DNA from: Abditibacterium sp.
GTDB lineage: Bacteria > Armatimonadota > Abditibacteriia > Abditibacteriales > Abditibacteriaceae
Assembly (NCBI GenBank): GCA_965199495.1
Contig: CBDASK010000003.1
Location: 1,408,001-1,472,000 of the forward strand
Direction of reading: 5' to 3'
DNA: 64,000 nucleotides
The notes beneath the pieces are model-generated. The model was not told where the DNA came from. It made no database searches and was given only the letters and a program-made list of their open reading frames with translations. Positions 57,953-64,000 of the stretch are shown piece after piece; the first letter of the stretch is position 1; each line of letters opens with the position of its first letter. Position numbers and translations under genes: made by a program.

Positions 57953-59047
57953 TTAAGGGCGCGTTGCCATCTTTCCATCCACGCACCACACGCCGAAAAT
58001 CCCGTTAATCTTCGTGCTGGAAAGCGCACTCACAGTTTGCGAATCTTTGCTCCACAACGAATTCCACAGTTGGTTCGATGATTCAAGCGCCGCGAACGGA
58101 AACGAAATATCGGCGAAGTCGCGCGCATTTTCGTCGCCCGTCCAAACCGCCATGTGCGAGTGGTTCATATCGCCGTCGGGCGCCAGTTGCGCCGATAAAA
58201 GCGTGGTGCCGTCGCTCATTTGGCACAAATAAGGCGCGCCCGCGTAAGCAGCCACGGCGAGCGGCTCTTTGAGCGCGCCCCAACGATTGGGACTGGCGCC
58301 ATCAATATATCCATTGGTTTGCGGCGCGATGATCACCGGCTTGAAAGTGCCGCTCAAGCCGTTATCTTCGATGGCCATCACGATTTTTCCGTTGCGCAAA
58401 ACCAGCGAAACCGGCATTCCGTCGCGCGCTTGGGCACGAAAAGTGACGGTTTGTGGCACGCTCCAATTGTGGCCGTTATCGCGTGAAATCAAACGCGTTA
58501 TTTGCTGCTCGTTAGTCGTGGAATAAGGCGCTTCGTTGGCGAAGTAAAGTTGAATCGAACCGTCGGGCGCATTAATCGCGCGCGGTTCCCAGCAACCGTT
58601 CTCGAATGTCGTGCCCGCGCGATAAACCGCGACGGGCGCGCTCCACGTCAGGCCCGCGTCGGTGCTGCGACACGTCGCAATCGTGAACGGCAAACCGGTG
58701 TCGCGGCGCGGGCGCCCATTGAAACTGCACAGCCAATCGCCGCCAGGCACAATCAACAGTTCGGGATTGGCGGCGTGATAATTTGCTAAATCGGCGACAT
58801 TGATTTCGTCGCCCCACGTTACGCCATTGTTGCTGCTGCGTTTTACGCGAATGCCACCGCCATGTTCGTAAATGCACGCGACGTTGCGCGCGTCAACGCG
58901 CGCAACGCGGGCGTAATTGCCGCCGCTTTGAATCAATTGCAAAGTTTGGTTTTGCCATTGAATCGGCGCGGCCACAGCAAGCAGAGAATACCAAGGCGTC
59001 ATCAGACAAATGAATATCCAGATTTTGGCATGGCGCGAGAAGTTCAC
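57953..59047 (-). CDS. Secreted BNR/Asp-box beta-propeller (sialidase-like)
   Basis: SSNNGVTW, STDAGLTWS, SRDNGHNWS. Confidence 0.85.
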   Translation of the reverse strand: MNFSRHAKIWIFICLMTPWYSLLAVAAPIQWQNQTLQLIQSGGNYARVARVDARNVACIYEHGGGIRVKRSSNNGVTWGDEINVADLANYHAANPELLIVPGGDWLCSFNGRPRRDTGLPFTIATCRSTDAGLTWSAPVAVYRAGTTFENGCWEPRAINAPDGSIQLYFANEAPYSTTNEQQITRLISRDNGHNWSVPQTVTFRAQARDGMPVSLVLRNGKIVMAIEDNGLSGTFKPVIIAPQTNGYIDGASPNRWGALKEPLAVAAYAGAPYLCQMSDGTTLLSAQLAPDGDMNHSHMAVWTGDENARDFADISFPFAALESSNQLWNSLWSKDSQTVSALSSTKINGIFGVWCVDGKMATRP

Positions 59048-59189
59048 GAACGAATTGGAAAAACGCGGGCGCGGCGAAGTTGCGATTTGAATTCAGACGC
59101 TTTAACTGGAAGCGCCCGACAGCTCTAAAACGTCAAGGTTTTCCCGCGCTACTCCAACCGTCTTTTGGAGACCTTTCTAAACTCACCTC

Positions 59190-61421
59190 GTGCCCGTTTC
59201 TTCCGTTTCCGATTCTCCTTCCACCCATCCGCTCTCGGCCTCCGACGACCGCCAACTGACCAAAATTTTGGGCACGGACGGTTTCATGGCGAACATGATG
59301 GCGGCGCAGAAACGGCACTTCGAGGCGCGACCCGAACAATTGGAAATGGCCAAAGCGATTTTTGCCGCCGCGCGCGAGAAAAATCATTTGTTGGTCGAAG
59401 CCGGAACCGGAACCGGCAAATCTTACGCGTATCTGGTGCCGCTGATTTTGTGGGCCGTCGAAACCAAAAAACGCGTAATGATAGCCACCGGCACCAAGGC
59501 ACTGCAACAACAGTTGGTCGAGCGCGATTTGCCGTTTTTGCACGAACTGTTCAAGTCGCACATGGGCACCGACATCAAGTTCGCTTTATGTCTGGGAACC
59601 GGCAATTATGTGTGCCCGCGCCGATTAGCAAAAACCGAATCGCTGGGTTTGTTTGGCGACAGTAAAGAGGTCGAACAATTACAGCAGTTGCATCGTTTTT
59701 CGGCATCGTCGCCGACGGGCCGCAACGTGGATTTGGACTTTGAGCCTGCCCGTGGCTTGTGGGCGCAGGTCAATCGCGAATCGGATTTGTGTCTGGCGCG
59801 CAACTGCCCGCATTTCGAGCAATCGTTCTATTGGAAGGCGCGGCGCGAACAGGAAAAAGCGCAGATTTTGGTCGCCAATCATCATTTGCTGTTCGCCCAT
59901 ATCGCGGCGGGCGGCAACGCGGGCGGCGTTTTGCCCGCCTTTGACGCGCTCGTGATTGACGAAGCGCATCACGCCGAAGATGTCGCGGCGAGTTATTTGG
60001 GTTTGGAAATCTCGAACCTGAGCGCGGCGAAATTAATCGAATTATTGTCAAATCGTAAATCGGGCAAAACCGTGATTAGCGCGACCAAATGGCCGCAGCG
60101 TGGCGAACTCGAAAGCCGCTTGAACGAAGCCGCGACCGAAGCGCGCGAAGCCGTCGGCAGGTTTTTCGAGAATTTGCAACGCGCGATGAACTTTCACGAA
60201 GGCCGTAGCCAGACGATTCGCATTACGCGGCCCGGCATTATCGCCGACGAACTGGACGAGCCGATTCTGAAAATTGAAACCATTATCGGCACGGCGTTGC
60301 GGCTGGCAGTTTTGAGCGAGGACGAAGAATTATCGCGCGAGTTGGAAGGCTACGCCAATCGTTGCGCTGAAATGCGCCGCACCGTGCGCGATATTCTGGG
60401 CCAAACGCGCGACGGCTACGTTTATTGGACGCAAAGCGTGCCGCGTCTGCCCGATGGATTTGGCAAAGCCGAACGCGTGCCGAGATTAAGTTTGCACGGC
60501 GCGCCAATTGAAGTCGCACAATCCATGCGCGAATCGGTGTGGAAGCAGTTCAAACCGACGATTTTGACTTCGGCGACTTTGACGACCGGCGGCAGTTTCG
60601 ACTTTTTGGTCGAACGCTTGGGCCTGAGCGTGCCGCCAATTATCGCGGACGCGGCGGAAGATAAAAACGCGAAACTGACGAAAACGTCCGCCGCCAAAGC
60701 CAAGGCGCCCGATGCAGCCACGGCAACCGACTCCGAGGCGCCCGAAGAGTTCGACGTGCGCACATTGACGCTGGGCAGTCCGTTCGATTACGGGAAAAAC
60801 GCGCTGATTTACGTCGCGGCGGATTTGCCCGATCCTTCGACGAACGTTTCGTTTTGGGAAGAAGCCGCGATTAAACGCGCGGCGGAAATCATCAAGCGCA
60901 CCGACGGCAAAGCATTTATTTTATGCACCAGTTATCGTTTGGTTGACCAGACCGCGCGCTTTTTGGAGCGCGTGATGCCCGCACGCATCCGCATTTTGCG
61001 GCAGGGAGAAATGGCGCGCGGCAAATTATTGAGCGAATTTCGCAAAGACACCCATTCGGTTTTGGTCGGCACCACGAGTTTCTGGCAGGGCGTTGACGTG
61101 CCGGGCGAAAGCCTGTCGTGCGTGATTATCATGAAACTGCCGTTCGCCGTGCCCGACGAGCCGATGGTGCAGGCGCGCGTCGAAACCATCAAAGAGCGCG
61201 GTCAAGACGCCTTCGTCGGCTACCAAGTGCCGCAAGCCGTGATGATGTTTCGTCAGGGTTTTGGCCGTTTAATCCGCACCGCGACCGACCGTGGCATCGT
61301 GGCGATTATGGATCCGCGCGTCAAGACCAAACCCTATGGCCGCACGTTTTTAGAGTCATTGCCCGACTGTAATCGGACGGAAGAATTGGATCGCGTCAGT
61401 TTGTTCGTAACGGGCATTTAA
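59190..61421 (+). CDS. dinG: DinG/YoaA family ATP-dependent helicase
   Basis: EAGTGTGKS, DEAH, TSATL, FWQGVD, KLPF, QGFGRLIR. Confidence 0.93.
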   Translation: MPVSSVSDSPSTHPLSASDDRQLTKILGTDGFMANMMAAQKRHFEARPEQLEMAKAIFAAAREKNHLLVEAGTGTGKSYAYLVPLILWAVETKKRVMIATGTKALQQQLVERDLPFLHELFKSHMGTDIKFALCLGTGNYVCPRRLAKTESLGLFGDSKEVEQLQQLHRFSASSPTGRNVDLDFEPARGLWAQVNRESDLCLARNCPHFEQSFYWKARREQEKAQILVANHHLLFAHIAAGGNAGGVLPAFDALVIDEAHHAEDVAASYLGLEISNLSAAKLIELLSNRKSGKTVISATKWPQRGELESRLNEAATEAREAVGRFFENLQRAMNFHEGRSQTIRITRPGIIADELDEPILKIETIIGTALRLAVLSEDEELSRELEGYANRCAEMRRTVRDILGQTRDGYVYWTQSVPRLPDGFGKAERVPRLSLHGAPIEVAQSMRESVWKQFKPTILTSATLTTGGSFDFLVERLGLSVPPIIADAAEDKNAKLTKTSAAKAKAPDAATATDSEAPEEFDVRTLTLGSPFDYGKNALIYVAADLPDPSTNVSFWEEAAIKRAAEIIKRTDGKAFILCTSYRLVDQTARFLERVMPARIRILRQGEMARGKLLSEFRKDTHSVLVGTTSFWQGVDVPGESLSCVIIMKLPFAVPDEPMVQARVETIKERGQDAFVGYQVPQAVMMFRQGFGRLIRTATDRGIVAIMDPRVKTKPYGRTFLESLPDCNRTEELDRVSLFVTGI

Positions 61422-61497
61422 GGGAGCGGAAAAAGGAGTTGACTTCGTCAACGAAAAAGAGTTATAATTGCAAAGCGTTAGTCATTGGAGCAACTCT

Positions 61498-62538
61498 ATG
61501 AAAATTTCTGTTTTGTCACGGTTTCCGATGATAGTTTTGGGCGCCGCATTGACAGTTGGAACTGCAAGTCAAGCACACGCGCAAACGGACGCGCCCGCAG
61601 CGACAGTTGCGCCAAAGCCAATGCAAACTATCGAGATTCCCCTCCGCAACGCGGATGCGGATGTGTTGGCTTACCGATTTAACGCTGAGCAAGTGATGAC
61701 GGCCTTTAGACTTTCACATGATAATGGAGGTTACTCTCAGGTAGGAGAGCTTCAGAGATTCCCTTGGGAGAGGGAGCGCAATTTGAAGATACCGGACGGA
61801 ATCGCCTCGATCTCAAGTGCGCCAAGCGGCAAGTCGTTATTCGCCTCTGGCACTACGCCGGGTCTGCAAGCCTTGATACAACAAATCGCCGAACTCGATG
61901 TGACGCCGCGTTTCGTGGAAGTTCAGATGCGACTTATGGGTATTCGCCCTGCCGATTTGGACGCGCTCAAGATTCCCTTTGGCACGGTTTTGCCCGGAGA
62001 AGTGGGCGCATATAGTGGCATCAAAGCCGGGTTTGTGCCGTCTTCTGCGCCTACGAGCGCGGGGAAAAATGTTCAAGTAGGGCTTAAGGAAAGTGAGTTG
62101 GAAGCCAAACTCACCGACCTAATATCCAAGGATAAAGCCTTATCAGTTACGGCATCTCGCTTAAATATTCGCGATGGTTCGACCCGCGAAACGGAATCGC
62201 ATCGCTCGATGATACTGAGAGTAACACCAACGACGGATGACCCAATTTCTTCGCCGCCACACCATGAGGACGAAGGGTTTGGCTCTTACAAAAGTTTAGG
62301 TTACAGCGATGTTATCGAGAACGGGTTCAAAGCGAGACCAATCATTAAAGACGGGTTTGTCGCGTTGAGTTTCCAAGTTATCCTGTCCAATCGCATCACG
62401 CAGATGAGCACGGTTTTCAAAGACGGTGAAACGCTCGTCGTGCAGATACCCGGCGCCAACGTCGGGCCAGATAACGTGGCGGTCGCGCTGGTAACAACCC
62501 GCATCGTGCCACGCAAAGAGATCGCCCGGCTGAATTAA
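61498..62538 (+). CDS. Short secretin-like protein
   Basis: Signal peptide; IEIPLRNADA...IAELDVTPRFVEVQMR (N3/NolW-like domain leading into a secretin strand). Confidence 0.55.
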   Translation: MKISVLSRFPMIVLGAALTVGTASQAHAQTDAPAATVAPKPMQTIEIPLRNADADVLAYRFNAEQVMTAFRLSHDNGGYSQVGELQRFPWERERNLKIPDGIASISSAPSGKSLFASGTTPGLQALIQQIAELDVTPRFVEVQMRLMGIRPADLDALKIPFGTVLPGEVGAYSGIKAGFVPSSAPTSAGKNVQVGLKESELEAKLTDLISKDKALSVTASRLNIRDGSTRETESHRSMILRVTPTTDDPISSPPHHEDEGFGSYKSLGYSDVIENGFKARPIIKDGFVALSFQVILSNRITQMSTVFKDGETLVVQIPGANVGPDNVAVALVTTRIVPRKEIARLN

Positions 62539-62550
62539 GCGAGGCCGTTC

Positions 62551-62611
62551 TATCGCGTCTAAAAATGTCGGATACGCTTTGTTGTATTCGACATTTTGAC
62601 GCGATAAATCG
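62551..62611. repeat. Degenerate copy of the TTTATCGCGTCT palindrome family
   Basis: TATCGCGTCTAAAAATGTCG...CGACATTTTGACGCGATA. Confidence 0.65.
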
Positions 62612-64000
62612 TCATTTCTCCGACAAACTCACGCGCCGCGAATACTTTCCTGCGCTGACCTCGAACGTTTCACCGTTTGGCAAAGTCACCTGTGCGCGCG
62701 TGTTGGCAGGCACGACAAAATCCCAGAGGAACTCGCCGTCTTCGGTGCGCCACGCGCTTTCGATGCGGCCAAAAAGCGAGTCGTAGTGCGCCGTGGCTGA
62801 TGTCAGGCCAGCGCCGGGTTGCGGTTGCAACTTAAAACTTTGGTAACCATCTTTGCCGGGCGCGATGCCAGCGACGACCTGCGCCAGCCAATCGCCGACG
62901 GCGCCGTAGGCGTAGTGATTGAACGAGTTCATGCCCGCATCCTGAAAACCGTTCTTTTGCGTCCAACCGTCCCAGCGTTCCCAAATCGTGGTCGCGCCCT
63001 GCGTGACGGCATACAAAAAACTCGGCCAATCGTGTTGCAGCAACAGTTCGTAGGCGGTCGAGTTCGCGCCGTTTTCGCTCAGGACGAACGGCAGATAACT
63101 GGTGCCGACGAAACCCGTCGAAAGTTTGCCGCCGCGATGCGCGATTTCTGCAACTAATTCGTTCGTCGCATCGGCGCGCAAATTTTCGGGCAATAAATTA
63201 AAGTGCAACGCCAAAACGTAGGGCGTTTGGTAAGGCGGCGACAACCGTCCGGCGGGCGTGACGAAACGTTCGCAGAAAGTTTTGGCGACGCTCTCGAACA
63301 GTTCGCGATAACGCGTTTGGTCGTCGGTGCGGCCCAAAACGCCCGCGATGCGGCTCATCAAATCGGCGTCGTGCGCGTAAAACGCCGTGCCAATGAGTTC
63401 TTTGGGCGTGCCTCCCATCGTTTGGCCGCTGCCGTCGAGCGCCAGCCAATCGCCGAAACCTTCCCAGTAATCCGCGCCTTTGGCGCAACGCACATTGTCG
63501 CGCGCGGTGTTTTGCAGATAATTGAAATAACGCTCGAAAACCGAGTAATTATCGCGTAAAATGCGCGTGTCCCCATAACGCTGGTAGAGCGTCCACGGAC
63601 AAATCAAAACGGCGTCGGCCCACGCCGGGCCGCCATCATGCCACGGGCCGAGCTGGCCGCCCTGCTCGCCGACAACGGCATCGCGCGCGCCGGGCAAGGG
63701 CACCACGCAGGGAACCGAACCGTCGGCGTGCTGCGCATCAGCCACGTCGCGTGCCCACTTCGTCCAGAACGCCGGAACATCGCGCAAAAAGCATGAAGTC
63801 CCCGCGAAAACCTGCGCGTCGCCCGTCCAGCCCAACCGCTCGTCGCGCTGCGGACAATCAGTGGGCACATCGAGTGAATTGCCGCGCCAGCCCCAATCGA
63901 TATTTTTTTGAAGCTGATTGACCAACGGATCGCTACACCTGAAATCGCCGGTTTGCGGCGCGTCGCTGTGCAAAACAACGCCGGTCAAAAAATCGTCGTC
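62612..64000 (-). CDS. Alpha-L-rhamnosidase GH78 (5'-truncated by the window edge)
   Basis: PTDCPQRDERLGWTGD, FGDWL, GATTIWERW, MNSFNHYAYG. Confidence 0.93.
   Translation of the reverse strand, partial: DDDFLTGVVLHSDAPQTGDFRCSDPLVNQLQKNIDWGWRGNSLDVPTDCPQRDERLGWTGDAQVFAGTSCFLRDVPAFWTKWARDVADAQHADGSVPCVVPLPGARDAVVGEQGGQLGPWHDGGPAWADAVLICPWTLYQRYGDTRILRDNYSVFERYFNYLQNTARDNVRCAKGADYWEGFGDWLALDGSGQTMGGTPKELIGTAFYAHDADLMSRIAGVLGRTDDQTRYRELFESVAKTFCERFVTPAGRLSPPYQTPYVLALHFNLLPENLRADATNELVAEIAHRGGKLSTGFVGTSYLPFVLSENGANSTAYELLLQHDWPSFLYAVTQGATTIWERWDGWTQKNGFQDAGMNSFNHYAYGAVGDWLAQVVAGIAPGKDGYQSFKLQPQPGAGLTSATAHYDSLFGRIESAWRTEDGEFLWDFVVPANTRAQVTLPNGETFEVSAGKYSRRVSLSEK

Noticed and set aside
2387..62611. 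CRISPR array
   Set aside because: Repeats are inverted pairs or short tandems, not direct repeats with regular spacers; no cas genes
1647..63746. GCCGTGGCTGC as a Chi or KOPS site
   Set aside because: Roughly equal counts on both strands in this window, unlike polarised motifs (unless the window spans ori/ter, for which I see no evidence)

Overview
64 kb of a GC-rich diderm bacterial chromosome. The combination of lpxC, a Terrabacteria-type yggS-sepF-proC-yggU cluster, DUF1559 prepilin-type proteins and many CAZymes suggests Abditibacteriota/Armatimonadota (inference). Most genes are housekeeping or carbohydrate-active (mreB, rodA, cinA, hemW, lpxC, dinG, Fpg/Nei, dgt, GH10, GH78, sialidase-like), alongside a dispersed Ser/Thr signalling set (2 kinases, PP2C, FHA, vWA) and two VapBC-type TA pairs. 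No rRNA, tRNA, CRISPR array, integrase or transposase was recognised. Most notable observations: (1) an AT-rich two-gene island (dGTPase with an in-frame nonsense codon plus an AEP primase-like gene) inserted into the 3' end of a sirtuin gene, with the original tail left downstream, which is a candidate anti-phage module; (2) a second integrase-free insertion showing the same gene-tail replacement, at a kinase gene; (3) a strongly over-represented, strand-unbiased motif GCCGTGGCTGC resembling a DNA-uptake sequence; (4) about 14 long intergenic palindromes from several families, some nested inside each other; (5) an orphan BrxC/DUF6079-like ATPase. All counts and alignments were done by eye; no database searches were run.
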